Origin: Octopus sinensis
Taxonomy: Eukaryota
Direction of reading: 5' to 3'
NCBI RefSeq assembly: GCF_006345805.1
Contig: NC_043024.1
Span: forward strand, 7,130,001-7,194,000
Length of the DNA: 64,000 nucleotides
The translations under genes were made by a program, and so were the position numbers. The notes below the pieces were generated by a model that searched no databases, was not told the origin of the DNA, and saw only the letters and a list, made by a program, of their open reading frames with translations. Positions 39,301-53,359 of this stretch are shown piece by piece (within the stretch, counting starts at the first letter, position 1; each line of letters begins with the position of its first letter).

Positions 39301-40077
39301 GTATGTGTGAGTGTATGTTTGTGTGTCTGTGTTTGTCCCCCCAACATCGCTTGACAACTGATGCTGGTATGTTTACGTCCCCATAACTTAGCGGTTCAGG
39401 AAAAGAGACCGATACAATAAGTACTAGGCTTACAAGGAATAAGTCCTGGGGTTCGATCTACTCGACTAAAGGCAGTGCTCCAGCATGGCTGCAGTCAAAT
39501 GACTGAAACAAGTAAAAGAGTAGTTTGCATGAGGACACACATATATATATATACATACATATACACACATATATGTATATACATATATAGACACATAAGT
39601 ATGGGGGTATGGAAGAGAGAAAACAAAGTGCGGGTGGGTAAGAAAGAGATACAGAGAGAGGAGACAAAGGAATTGTTTGTGTGTATAATACATACACATA
39701 TATACATACATACACACACATATATATATATACATACAAGGATGTGTATGTGTGTGTGTATGCATGTTAATGTATCTTTGCCTTGACATCACATGATAGT
39801 TGTAAATGAGTGCCACTGTTATGTGAGTGGTGTGGTTTGTTTCCAATTTTCTGTGAAAACTTGTCTGGTTGCAGGGAAATATCACCTTGTTTGGAAACAG
39901 GGGAGGGTTGGTCACTGTGTGTGTATATGTGCATGCATGCGTATGTGTGTGAGTGTGTGTATGCCCTATTCTGCATACGCACCTGTGCATTTATATATCT
40001 TTAGGTATTATGTTTATGTATGTGTCTATAGAGACTGCATCAGAGTATTTAAGAGATAAAGGTAAAGATCCCATATA

Positions 40078-40589
40078 CCGTAAATCCTCGAGTATAGTCC
40101 ACCCTTGAGTATAATACGCAGGGGATTTTTAGGGGGCTGTACCTCTGAAAAACCTAAACCTTGTGTATAATATGCACCCCTTCTCTAACTTGAGTCAAGG
40201 AGGTCTATATAATGTCCTTGGTTTGTAAAAATGTATACGGTAATGTCCTTTATTATTATTGTATATATAACATAATGCAAACGTGTAGCTCTTTTGTGCA
40301 ATTTGTTTGCAGAAAATAAAGAAATAACAGTAATAACGTTTAATAAATGTTGCTTACTGCAAGTTATGGATGATTCTTTTATGACTTCACTGCTTTCAGG
40401 CTTAGCTTAAGGTATTTTCGTGCCCGACATCACAAAATGCGTCTGAATAAACATTGTTGGACAGCAAATAGGGATTTGGACATTGCTTAGAAAATATTTT
40501 TCATTTTTAACCTCGTATATAGTACGCACTAGGGACTTTGACCATTGAATTTTTTGGGAAAAGTGCGGATTATACTCGGGGATTTACAG
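40078..40589. mobile_element. Pogo/Tc1-like MITE, copy 1
   Basis: TA|CCGTAAATCCTCGAGTATA...TATACTCGGGGATTTACAG|TA. Ends about 60 bp from an ATG4 donor site. Confidence 0.85.
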
Positions 40590-40649
40590 TACACATGTGT
40601 GTGTGTGTGTGTGCGATTCTATAAACAGATAGGAGCTTGATGTACAAAC

Positions 40650-40748
40650 CTCTACCAAGATGCCTAATCACGAGGCACTGAGCCATCATCATCTGACCAC
40701 ACCTCAACATACATCCCCATCCAGTATCTGTAGTCGGGCCAGTTCCAC
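40650..40748 (-). CDS. ATG4: ATG4 coding exon with catalytic Cys
   Basis: (G)GTGPTTDTGWGCMLRCGQMMMAQCLVIRHLGR, the peptidase C54 catalytic GWGCMLR motif. 99 nt, phase 1/1. Confidence 0.98.
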
Positions 40749-41086
40749 CTGTAAACATAAAAGCGTAAACATTATCAACATCATCATCATCACCATCATC
40801 ATCATCACCATCATCATCATCACCATCATCATCTACAGCTTTTGATTCAATATCAACTCCCTTCACTTATCAATATCCACCAAAACATTGCATAAGATCG
40901 ATATCTACCTGGCTAAGCACCTGTAAACCTAACTAGGTAAGCAGCAAGCCAGAGACACCTAGATAGCTAGCTGGATACCTACCTAGTTAGCTAGTCATAC
41001 AGCTAGCTAGAACTCCTAACTTGTTGCCCAGACACACTTTGAGTGAATAAGTGTCTAGCTGGCTAAATACCCATTTAACTGGTTAA

Positions 41087-41307
41087 CTCTTTTGTTACCA
41101 TATTTCTGTTGAGATGCTTTGTGTTTCTTTCAATTATTTTAAATATAACAAAGAATTTAGTAAAATAACTTAGTTATTGTTAAGTTAATGTTAGGAACAT
41201 AAATTGTGACTAAGGTTTGGTGGAAGATTTTAATTCAGAACTTATGGAAACAAGACATTTGTACCACAAAGCCAGAGGTGGTTTCAGGCGGGTTGATATC
41301 AAAAGGG
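41087..41307. mobile_element. piggyBac-like MITE (TTAA target)
   Basis: TTAA|CTCTTTTGTTACC...GATATCAAAAGGG|TTAA. A related copy starts at about 55737. Confidence 0.7.
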
Positions 41308-42103
41308 TTAATGACTTAACAAGCTAGACTGCAATGTAGCTGCCTAGATACCCATCTAGCCACCTAGATGGCAATCTAACCAGACTGATACCTATTCAGC
41401 AGTTTAAATACCGATTTAGCCAGCTTGATGCCTATATAACCAGTTTGATACCTATCTAATTAGCTAGGCACCTATCAGACTGGCTAGGTGCCTATCAAGC
41501 TGGCTAAGTACTTATCAAACAGGCTAAGCACCAATCTAACCATCTCAATATCTAACAAACCAGCTAGGTAGCTAGTCAGGAAACTATTCCGCTAACTAGA
41601 CATGTATCTAGCTAAACAGTCAGCAATCAAGACACCTATAGAGGTAGCTAAGTCAACAACGAATAAAAACAACAGGTATACAAGTCATCAAATATCATAT
41701 ACCCAGGCACATTCCCCATTATAGGAGTGGGTAGCCACAGCAAGGCACACACCAGGCATTTCATTCATTTCCCTCAAAGGGGCAAGCCCTGTTCTATGCT
41801 TAGATCAAGGCATAGAACGCAAACCCCAATAGCAGTAGTGGGGCCCGACCAGCATATGCAGGTTTATCCCTGCCATATCATGCTGGTTCTGTACCCCACT
41901 GAGTAACATCAAAATTCATTCATCCGTCCACAAACCCCCTCCAAGCTTTCCTATCATTTATAAACTCTCTTGCCTCTCTCACTCCGGCACCTCGAACCAC
42001 CAAAGCTTTCCTCACTCCATCCATCCACACAATGTGAGAAAGAAGGAGGCGAAAGAAAGAGAAGACAGTGATGAAAAGGGAGAAGAAAAACTGAGTGACT
42101 CAC

Positions 42104-42175
42104 CAATTGGACTAAAGTTTTTCCTATAAGTTATCCATATCCGAGACAAAATGTCTGCTTTCAATTCATCCAAAT
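42104..42175 (-). CDS. ATG4: ATG4 coding exon
   Basis: (D)LDELKADILSRIWITYRKNFSPI, matching the conserved SRLWFTYRKNF motif. AG/GT junctions, 72 nt, phase 1/1. Confidence 0.95.
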
Positions 42176-45100
42176 CTGGGAGAAGAAAAAATAAAAATAA
42201 AAAGTGAAAGATTGAAAACAGAGAAGGTCCAGTGTTGTAATTAGCTTCAATTCCGGAACTTTCCTCTCAAACTGATTCCAAAGAACCTCAGCAGGGAAAA
42301 GTAAAATTGTGTGTTTGCATGTGTGAGATATATTCTTTTATTCTTTTACTTGCTTCAGTCATCTGACAGCAGCCATGCTAGAGCACGGCCCCGAAGGGGC
42401 TTTTTTTTAGCCAAAGAAGTCGACCCCCAAGACATTCTTTGTAAGCCTAGTACTTATTCTTTCAGTCTCTTTTGCCAAACTGCTAAGTTACAGGGACATA
42501 AATACTTCAACATCAGTTGTCAACTTATGGCAGAGGAACAAACACACACACAAAGACACACACACACACACATATATATATATCACCGTGACCGACCAGA
42601 CCATCAGATGTTGCTACACATCGCTGGTCACAATGCGTTCACATTGTTTTAGCCTTCAAATGACGCCACTCCGCTGGCCAAGCAAGCAGGCCAACAGAAG
42701 AAAGAGTGAGAGAAAATTGTGGCGAAAGAGTACAGCAGAGATCACCACCCCCTGGCGGAGCCTCGTGGAGCTTTTAGGTGTTTTCGCTCAATAAACACTC
42801 ACATCACCCGGTCTGGGAATCGAAACTGCGATCCTACGACCACGAGTCCGCTACCCTAACCACTGGGCCATTATTCCTCCACATTCTACCTGTTTTATGT
42901 GCAAAAAATGTACAACTCTGCAATGCTGTTTTAAAATTAAAGAATTACATCATTGAAATCTCCAAACTATGAGGTAATGCATGATTAATTCAAAACAATG
43001 TGAATAAATAGGTGTTACGTTTGACGGAGTGGGACTCCGTCGGTTATGACAATGAAGGTTCCAATAGATCCGATCAACAGAACAGCCTGGTTACCCTTTT
43101 ACTGGTTTCAGTCATTTGACTGTGGCCATGCTGGAGCACCACCTTTAGTCAAGCAAATCGACCACAGGACTAATTCTTTTGTAAGCCTAGTACATATTCT
43201 ATCATGCACTTTTGCCGAACCGCTAAGTTGTGGAGACATAAACACACCAGCATCGGTTGTCAAGCGATGTTGGGGGGACAAACACAGACATACAAACGCA
43301 CACACACACACACACATATATGTTGTTGTTTGTTCCTTCTCGAGCCATGCCTGGTTCATAAGGGCCGGTTTCTTCGCGTATAGGTTCCCCACCTGGACAG
43401 GACGCCGGTCCGTCGCAGATGAGCTGCAAGATGCAGAAGGAAAAAGTGAGAGAAAGTTATGGTGAAAGAGTCAGCAGAAGTTTGCCATTACCTTCTGCCA
43501 GAGTCGCGTGGAGCTTAGGTGTTTCACTCATAAACACACACACCACCCGGTCTGAGATTCGAACCCGCGATCTCTCGACCACAAGTCCGCTACTCTAACC
43601 ACTAGGCCATGTGCCTCCACACGCATATATATACATATATACGACGGGCTTCTTTCAGTTTCCGTCTGCCAAATCCACTCACAAGGCTTTGGTCAGCCTG
43701 AGACTATAGTAGAAGACACTTGCGCAAGGTGCCACGTAGTGGGACTGAACCTGGAACCATGTGGTTGGTAAGCAAGCTACTTACCATACAACCACTCCTG
43801 CGCCTTTGAAATTAATGTGCATATGGCTGATCACTCCACAGACACATGTACCTTAACGGAGCATGACACAGAGTGTGATAAGGTTGGCCCTTTGAAATAC
43901 AGGTACAATTCATTTTTGCCAGCTGAGTGGACGTCAGCAACATAAAATAAAGTGTCTTGCTCAAGGACACAGCGTGGTACCAGGAATTGAACTCACAACT
44001 GTACGATTGTTAGTCTAATATCCTGACAACTAAGCCACGAGCTTTCACATTTGACAGAGTAATCTGAATGCTAAAGAAGAGTTAAACTGGCCAGATTTGG
44101 CCTCTCACACCTATCCTACAATGTCATACTAAAAATAAACAATTTCATCATCGAAATTAAAATTTGAATAAATAAGCATTACACTTGACTGTTTCATCAT
44201 CATCATCAACATCATCATCGTTTAGCGTCCGCTTTCCATGCTAGCATGGGTTGGACGGTTCGAGTGGGGTCTGGGAAGCCAGAAGGCTGCACCAGGCCCA
44301 GTCTGCTCTGGCAGTGTTTCTACAGCTGGATGCCCTTCAACCACTCCGTGAGTGTAGTGGGTGCTTTTTACGTGCCACCTGCACAGGTGCCAGACGAGGC
44401 TGACAAACGGCCACGATCGGATGGTGCTTTTTACGTGCCACTGGCATGGGGGCCAGACGGGGCTGGCAAACGGCCATGATTGGATGGTGCATTTTACATG
44501 CCACCGGCACGGAGGCCATTGTTTGTTTGATCCTTCATGTCAAAATGAGAAACCTTGTCCCTTAACTATTCTTTCCCATTAGAATGTGTGCCCTTATTTG
44601 AGATAATGCAGGATTTATTCAAAACAATCTGAATAAACAAACATTACATCTGACAGAGTGATCTGTATGCTAAGAGGTTAAACCAGCAATATCAGGTCCA
44701 GATATGTTCCAGAGTTCACCTCTCCTACCTATCTTTCAATGCTATACAAAAATTATACAACCACGTCATATAATGCATGAGTCATCATCATCATCGTTTA
44801 ACATCCGTTCTCCATGCTAGCATGGGTTGGACGGTTCGACCGGGGATCTGGGAAGCCAGAAGTCTACACCAGGCTCCAGTCTTATCTGGCAATGTTTCTA
44901 CAGCTGGATGCCCTTCCTAACGCCAACCACTCCGTGAGTGTAGTGGGTGCCTTTTACGTGCCACCTGCACAGGTGCCAGGCAAGGCTGGCAATGGCCATG
45001 ATTGGATTGGTGCATTTTACGTGCCACCGGCACGGAAGCCAGTCAAGGCGGCACTGGCATCGGCCATGATTCGGATGGTGCATTTTACGTGCCACCGGCA

Positions 45101-45507
45101 CGGGGGCCAGTCTAGGCATGATTAATTCAAAATAATGTGAATAAATAAGCACTGCATGTGACAGTGGTTAGAGCATTGGACTCACAATCATGAGGTAGTG
45201 AGTTTGATTCCCAGACCGGTCTGTGTGTTGTGTTCTTGAGCAAGATGCTTTATTTCACGTTGCTCCAGTTCACTCAGCTGTAGAAATGAGTTGCGACGTC
45301 ATGGGTGCCAAGCTGTATCGGCCCCTTTGCCTTCCCCTTTGCCTTCCCCTTGGATAACATCAGGAGCACAGAAAGAGGAGGCTGGTGTGCATGGGCAACT
45401 GCTGGTCTTCTACAAACAACCTTGCCCGGAATTGTGCTTCAGAGGGGAACTTTCTAGGTGCAATCCCATGGTCATTCATGATTCACCCTTTTACATTTGA
45501 CAAAGTA

Positions 45508-46014
45508 CCGTAAATCCTCAAGTATAGTCTGCCCTTGAGTATAATACACAAGGGATTTTTAGGGGGCTGTACCTCTGAAAAACCTAAACCTTGTGTATAA
45601 TACGCACCCCTTCTCTAACTTGAGTCAAGGAGGTCTATATAACGTCCTTGGTTTGTAAAAATGTATACGCTAACGTCCTTTATTATTATTGTATATATAA
45701 CATAATGCAAACGTGCAGCTTTTTTGTGCATTTTGTTTGCAGAAAATAAAGAAATAACAGTAATAACGTTTAATAAATGTTGTTTACTGCAAGTTATGGA
45801 TGATTCTTTTATGACTTCATTGCTTTCGGGCTTAGTTTAAGGTATTTTCGAGCCCGACATCACAAAATGCGTCTGAATAAACATTGCCAGACAGCAAATA
45901 GAGACTCGGACATTGCTTAGAAAATATTTTTCATTTTTAACCTCATAGTACGCACTAGGGATTTTGACCTTTAAATTTTGGGAAAAATTGCGGATTAATC
46001 TTGAGGATTTACGG
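45508..46014. mobile_element. Pogo/Tc1-like MITE, copy 2
   Basis: Same TIRs and body as 40078-40589, with a TA duplication. Confidence 0.85.
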
Positions 46015-46868
46015 TAATCTAAATGCTGAAGGTGTGACTGCTCCCACCCATTAAAATTTGAATAAATAAGCATTACATTTGACTGTTTCCCACCATCTGT
46101 TTGTTTGATCCTTCATGTCAAAATGGGAAACCTTATCCCTTAACTATTCTTTCTCATTAAAACATGTGCCCTTATTTGACCAATTAAAATGTGTTGTCTT
46201 TTTCCCTTACTTGACCAAACCTCTCAGCAAAATATTTAACGGTGCCTCTTAATAAAATGTTCTTTCCTATTAAATTATAGTATTTGTCCATTAATTGCCA
46301 CTTCCCTCCATTTAAAATGTATATTTTTGTCCCTTAATTGATTAAAATTCATTAAAATACTAAACCATGACCCTTAAATGATAGTTCTCTCCCATTAGAA
46401 TATGTAGCTCTGTCCCTTAATTGACTATTAGCACCCATTAAAACATGTAACCACATCCCTTAACTTTTCCATTAGAATGTATAACTGTAAGCTCATTGCT
46501 TTTGTTTAACCCAAGGTCAGCCATCTTCAGGACTAATTAAAAGTGTTCCAATCATGACCATCCCATCTATTTGTATGCAGGAGACTTATATTCAATTGCA
46601 TTCTTCTTAATTTAAGACAGCAGAGTGTGATTTGAGAGAATTATGATTACTATTTCTAGCAAGTCGACTGACCACAAACAGGCTTCTTTGCAGGCTTATC
46701 ATTCTTGCAGTTCAGAGTGGGAGTGGGTAAGAGGAGGAGGAGGAGTTGCAAAACACCAACACTAACATGTGACTGTACAGAGGATGCCTGTGTGACTGTA
46801 TCCACGTATCTGTGTTCTGTAGACTTTAGACATAACAAACAACAATTCTAATTAAATACATCTATCTA

Positions 46869-46907
<39 letters not shown>

Positions 46908-47058
46908 ATATAGATATGTATATATAGATATGAATATATAGAGATATGTATATATAGATATATATAAACATAGATATATATAGATATAGGACCTCGTGTG
47001 TAAAGTTGGCGATTTTTTTCCCTCTGTCTTCCCTTCTCTGGGTCTTTACTTCTCCTAT

Positions 47059-47093
47059 GTTTCTGACGAAGAGCTCCGCTCGAAAAGTTAAAC
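47059..47093 (+). ncRNA. Minimal hammerhead motif, stem III mutated
   Basis: GUUU-CUGACGA-A-GAGC(UCC)GCUC-GAA-AAGU-U/AAAC inside a (TA)n-flanked module at about 46990-47192. A deleted copy of the module lies at about 60060-60240. Confidence 0.6.
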
Positions 47094-47879
47094 CCTCCTT
47101 CTTTCCTTCTTTCCTGAGCGTTCAATAATACTATATTTGTTCCACGTCCTTGCGTTGTTGTGTTTTTTTGTGCTTTCTTGTTTGGATTAACTATATATAT
47201 AGATAGATAGAGAGATAGATAGATAGATAAATAGATATCACCATCGTTTAACGTCCGCTTTCCATGCTAGCATGGGTGGGACGATTTTGACTGAGGGCTG
47301 GCGAACCAGATGGCTGCACCAGGCTCCAATCTTGATCTGGCAGAGTTTCTACAGCTGGATGCCCTTCCTAATGCCAACCACTCCGAGAGTGTAGTGGGTG
47401 CTTTTATGTGCCACCTTCACGGGGACCAGTCAGGCGGCACTGGCAACGACCTCGCTTGAATCTTTTACACATGCCACCAGCGCGGGTGCCAGTAAGGCGA
47501 CGCTGGTAACGATCACGCTCAAATGGTGTTTTTTTACATGCCACCAGCACGGAGGCCAGATAGCCGCTCTGGCAACGACATAGTTTTTTTGTACGTAGGG
47601 TCTTCCATACTTTTTAACCTATATGGTCATATATTGACAATACAGAATATTTTTTAGTGGCTTTCACATTTTTTTTTTTACTTATTGCTTGATTTATTGT
47701 CTATCAATAGACAACCAGAAATGTGAGAATATTCTCCTTTGTGATTTCTTAATGGGTTGTACATTCTTGAAATGTGGTGACATCTTTTGATAGGATCATA
47801 GAGAGGAATTTCAAAAGGACCTTTTTCTTGTTATCGCTTTGTCCTTTATCTATATTTTATTTTATCTTTATTACCTTAA

Positions 47880-48099
47880 CCCTTTAGTGTTTAAACCAGC
47901 CATATCCGGCCCAAATATTCTAAATGTTTTATATTCATATTGGCCATATCTAGCCTCTCACACCTAACCTACAGTGACATTCTAAAAATAAACAACCACA
48001 TCATTGAAACCTCAAAGCTATAACATAATGCATGATTAATTCAAAACAATTTAAGTGAAAAAGTATTACATTTAATAGAGAAATTTGAACACCAAAGGG
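47880..48099. mobile_element. Second piggyBac-like MITE family
   Basis: TTAA|CCCTTTAGTGTTTAAA...TTTGAACACCAAAGGG|TTAA. Fragments of the same family lie near 29990, 42880, 44080 and 44680. Confidence 0.75.
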
Positions 48100-48222
48100 T
48101 TAAATTTTTAGTCACTTTTAAAATGCATTGATTTAATCCATATATTTTTCTTCATTCGACTCCATTCGCATTGCCTTTTCAGGTTTTATCACCTTTTGTA
48201 TTCGTGTGTATATATGTGTGTA

Positions 48223-48255
<33 letters not shown>

Positions 48256-48399
48256 TGTATACTTTTATACTGTTGTGTTTCATCACTGGATTCCCTGGTG
48301 TTTGTAATATATATTTATGTTCGTCATTATGATAATATGGGAAAAGTTGCTTTTGACTAATTAGAGCGCTTATTCATTATACCCGTCAATTACTTTATA

Positions 48400-48725
48400 A
48401 TATATATATACATACACATATACATACAACACATACACACACATATATACATACACATACATACATATATATATACACACATACATACACAATATATACA
48501 CATACTCACAAACACATATAGACACACATATATATATATATACACACATACATACACAATATATACACACACATACTCACAAACACATATATACACACAC
48601 ATATATATATATCCACACACATATATATATACACACACACACACACAAATATACACAGATATATATATATATAGACATGTACACACATATAGACATGCAC
48701 ACATACATATACATGCAAACACACA

Positions 48726-48769
<44 letters not shown>

Positions 48770-48888
48770 CACACACAAACATATATATACATACACATAC
48801 AGATATATACATACACATACAGATATATACATACACATACATGCACACACATACTATATATACACACATATATACAAATGCACACACA

Positions 48889-48923
<35 letters not shown>

Positions 48924-49033
48924 CACACACAAACATATATATACATACACATACAGATATATACATACACATACAGATATATACATACACATACATGCAC
49001 ACACATACTATATATACACACATATATACAAAT

Positions 49034-49080
<47 letters not shown>

Positions 49081-49448
49081 CACACACACAAACATATATA
49101 TACATACACATACAGATATATACATACACATACATATATATACATACACATACAGATATATACATACACATACAGATATATACATACACATACATGCACA
49201 CACATACTATATATACACACATATATACAAATGCACACACATACCCACACACACACACACACATATATATATATACACACACAAACATATATATACATAC
49301 ACATACAGATATATACATACACATACAGATATATACATACACATACATGCACACACATACTATATATACACACATATATACAAATGCACACACATACACA
49401 CACACACACACACATATGCATACACTGGCAAACACATATATACACATA
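48400..49448. repeat. Compound CA/TA microsatellite with higher-order units
   Basis: Recurring blocks such as catacagatatatacataca and acatgcacacacatactatatatacacacatatatacaaatg. Confidence 0.9.
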
Positions 49449-50498
49449 TTTAAAATCAAAAACATGAAAAAAAAAAGCAAAAGAAATGCTTTCTTGTGAG
49501 TGTCATAGAAATTTCTAAAAATAGAGAAAAAAATTGTGGAAACAAAGGTTAAGAATGAGGTCTCACAATGGCACCAAACAATTTGTAGCAGAAAAGGGGG
49601 CAGCGGGGAGAGGAACAGTTAAACAGGGAGGATGCAATGTATGAGTTGATGAATCATAAGATGTGGTGTCCTTCATGCTTGGCAGAAAAAAAAAATAAAT
49701 AATAATAATAGTAATGATAATAATAATAATTAATAATAACGGTGCAGTTGTGGCTGTGAATCTATAGAAGACATGTGCCCAAAGTGCTATGCAATGGGAC
49801 TGAACCCAGAACCTTGTGGTTGGGAAGTAAACTTCTTACCACACAGCCATGCCTGTGTCTATATATCTCTTTTACTCTTTTACTTGTTTCAGTCATTTGA
49901 CTGCGGCCATGCTGGAGCACCGCCTTTAATCGAGCAACTCAACCCCGGGACTTATTCTTTGTAAGCCCAGTACTTATTCTATCGGTCTCTTTTTGCCGAA
50001 CCGCTAAGTAACGGGGACATAAACACACCAGCATTGGTTGTCAAGCGATGTTAGGGGTACAAACACAGACATACAAACACATACACACACACATATATAT
50101 ATACATATATATACGACGGGCTTCTTTCAGTTTCCCTCTACCAAATCCACTCACAAGGCATTGGTCGGCCCGAGGCTATAGAAGAAGACACTTGCCCAAG
50201 GTGCCACGCAGTGGGACTGAACTCGGAACCATGTGGTTGGTAAGCAAACTACTTACCACACAGCCACTCCTGCGCCTATATCAAATAAGGATAAGATCGT
50301 TAATTTAAATTAAATATCGATCTTATCAACTGAACCCGGAACCATGTGGTTGGTAAGCAAACTACTTACCACACAGCCACTCCTTATCAAATAAGGATAA
50401 GATCTTTAATTTAAATTAAATATCGATCTTATCAAGTGGCCAGCATGGAAATAAAAAGCTTCAAAGGTAATAATTATTACTAAGATTATAACTTAGGA

Positions 50499-50726
50499 TA
50501 TCTACGAGATACTGCCATGCTGAAAATAGCAGCCAAAATCTGACTCTAAAACCACATTAAATGTTCATACAGCACAAGGAGAGAAGACAAAAAGACAAAA
50601 TAAAACTAGCAAAAAATTACTTAATTTTGTTTTTTTGTCTTCTCTCCTTGTGCTGTATGAACATTTAATGTGGTTTTAGAGTCAGATTTTGGCTGCTATT
50701 TTCAGCATGGCAGTATCTCGTAGATA
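50499..50726. repeat. Near-perfect inverted repeat with arms of about 100 bp
   Basis: tatctacgagatactgccatgc...gagaagacaaaaa pairs with tttttgtcttctc...gcatggcagtatctcgtagata. Spacer about 25 nt. Confidence 0.92.
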
Positions 50727-53359
50727 CTCTAAATTATAATTATATATATATATATATATATACACACAGATAAAGGGTGAAATATAATTAATTTAATAAA
50801 ATCAACAAATTTCACCAAGAAGTGTTTTGGTATGGAAAAGGACCATATTCGGTAAAAGTTTATATAATTATAACAATGAGGGTCTTTGCAACAAGTTGCT
50901 AGACCACATACTGAAAGTATTAGAAATAGCAGTCCTCTGGCTGCTATTTCTAAAACTTTTGGTATGTGGTCTAGCAACTTGTTGCAAAAACCCTCACTGC
51001 TATAATTATATATATATATATACACATACACTCGACACTCTTCCAGCAGCTCCTGCAACCAAGCTGGTGCCAAACGTAATGCTCAGCACTCCTTTGGACT
51101 ACATCCTCAAGGTCGAGAGAGGAATCCTGACGATTGGGCTACCCAGGATTTTCTTACATCTACCCCAGGCCTGCGCAAAACTGGAGAGGAAACTAGAGAG
51201 GACATGAAATGTAAAAACCAGACTGGATTAGTTTATGCGCAACTCCATTGTCTCCCGAGACAAAAGGATGCCAACAACAACAATACACACACACTCACAC
51301 ACTTTTCTATTAAAGTGGCAAAAACATCACGAGTTTCAGATTCCCGTTTGTCAGACATTTGTGATCAAGACTAGAATAAAATTGTGATGATGCAAGTGGT
51401 ATATGATTGGATATGATGCAATTTGACAAATAAACTTTTGAATTTGAACGGGTAACCTATTTTCAAAGCATGACCGGTGTTGTATTGCTAATGGTTGGGT
51501 GGGGTTGCGTATAAATTGAATAGTAAAATATATCATCTACTATAATAATAGTAGAGGCACATGGCCTAGTGGTTAGAGCAGCGGACTCTCAGTCGAGGGC
51601 TCGGAGGTTCAAATCTCAGACCGGGCAATGTGTGTGTTTATGAGCGAAACATCCAAAGCTCCATGTGGCTCCAGCAGAAGGTAATGGCGAACTTCTGCTG
51701 ACTCTTTCGCCACAACTTTCACTCACTCTTTCCTCCTGCATCTTGCAGCTCACCTGCGAGGGACCGGCGTCCCATCCAGATGGGGAACCTATACGTGAAG
51801 GAAACCGGGAAACCGGCCCTAATGAGCCAGGCATGGCTCGAGAAGAAACAAACTATGATAATACTCTTGTTTTCCTCCGTCGAAACATATGAATGAGAAA
51901 GGAAGGGGTGATGGCAAACTGGTAGTGGAAGCATTTCAGCTCTGAGTGAGTATATGTGTTTATATGTAAAAAGGAGGAATGCGTGAGTGTGTGTGTGCAA
52001 TGGAAGTGGGATGGTGAACATTCAACACTGAAAAGAAAAATCCAACAGCGTTTCAATTCCGTGTTTGTGTATGTGTGTGCGTGTACAAGGGAAGTATGTG
52101 AATGTTTGTATGTGAAGCAGCGTGTGTGTGTGTGTCTGTCTGTGTCTGTGTGTGTGCATGTGTATGTGTGTGTATGTGTCTGTGTGTGTGTGTGTATGTG
52201 TTTGTGTGTCTGTGTCTGTACGTGTGTGTGTGAGTGTGTGTGTCTGTGTGTTTGTCTGTCTGTGTGTCTGTGCCTGTCTGTGTGTGTCTGTCTGTCTGTG
52301 TGTGCATGTCTGTGTGTATGTGTCTGTGTGTATGTCTGTTTGTCCCCCACCACCACCTGACAACTGGTGTTGAAGTGTTTATGCTCTGCATAACTTAGCA
52401 GTTCAGCAAAAGAGACCAACAGACAAAGTACCAGGCTTATAAAGAACAAGTACCAAGCTCAATTCATTCAACTAAAAACTCTTCGAGGTGGTGCTCCAGC
52501 AAGGCCACAGTTTAATGACTAAAACGGGCAAAAAATAAACCATTCTCCAAATCACAAGACAGTAGCAAACCAAGATCACAGACTACAGGAGGGGTCCTTT
52601 ATTTCCAGGTTTCCATGGAAACGTGTCTGATTATTGGGAAATATTACCTTGCGTGGAAAACAGATGGTGTTTGGCAACAGGAAGGATAGGTGAGCTGGCA
52701 GAAACGTTAGCACTCTGGACGAAATGCTTAGCGGTATTTCGTCTGCCGCTATGTTCTAAGTTCAAATTCCGCTGAGGTCGACTTTGCCTTTCATCCTTTC
52801 GGGGTCAATAAATTAAGTACCAGTTACGCACTGGGGTCGATATAATCGACTTAATCCGTTTGTCTGTCCTTGTTTGTCCTCTCTGTGTTTAGCCCCTTGT
52901 GGGTAGAAAAGAAATAGTTATTTCGTCTGCCACTACATTCAGAGTTCAAATTCCGGCGAGATCAACTTTGCCTTTCATGCTTTTGGGGTCAATTAAATAA
53001 GTACCAGCTATGCACTGGGGTCGATGTAATCGACTTAATCCTGTTGTCTGTCCTTGTTTGTCCCCTCTATGTCTGCCCCTTGTGGGCAATAAAGAAACAA
53101 CAGGAAGGACAGGCATCCATCTGTAGAAAAATTTGCTTCATAAAAAAATCTGTCTGACCCATGCAAGTATGGAAAAGATGTTAAATAATTGTGATGATGA
53201 TGATGACGATGATGAGGAACGAGATAGCAACTTGTACAAGAGGGTGCTGAAAAGTTCCTGGCTTTGGGTAAAAGAAAATACAGGAGAATCGATTAATTCT
53301 GATTTTACTCAACATATTCCCCTCTCAGATTCACACACTTATTGCAGCGGTCCTTCAGT

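Noticed and set aside
46656-46838. Possible extra ATG4 exon in the 13-kb intron
   Set aside because: No ATG4 similarity. The flanking exons (55517 and 42175) already join in frame and collinearly with known ATG4.
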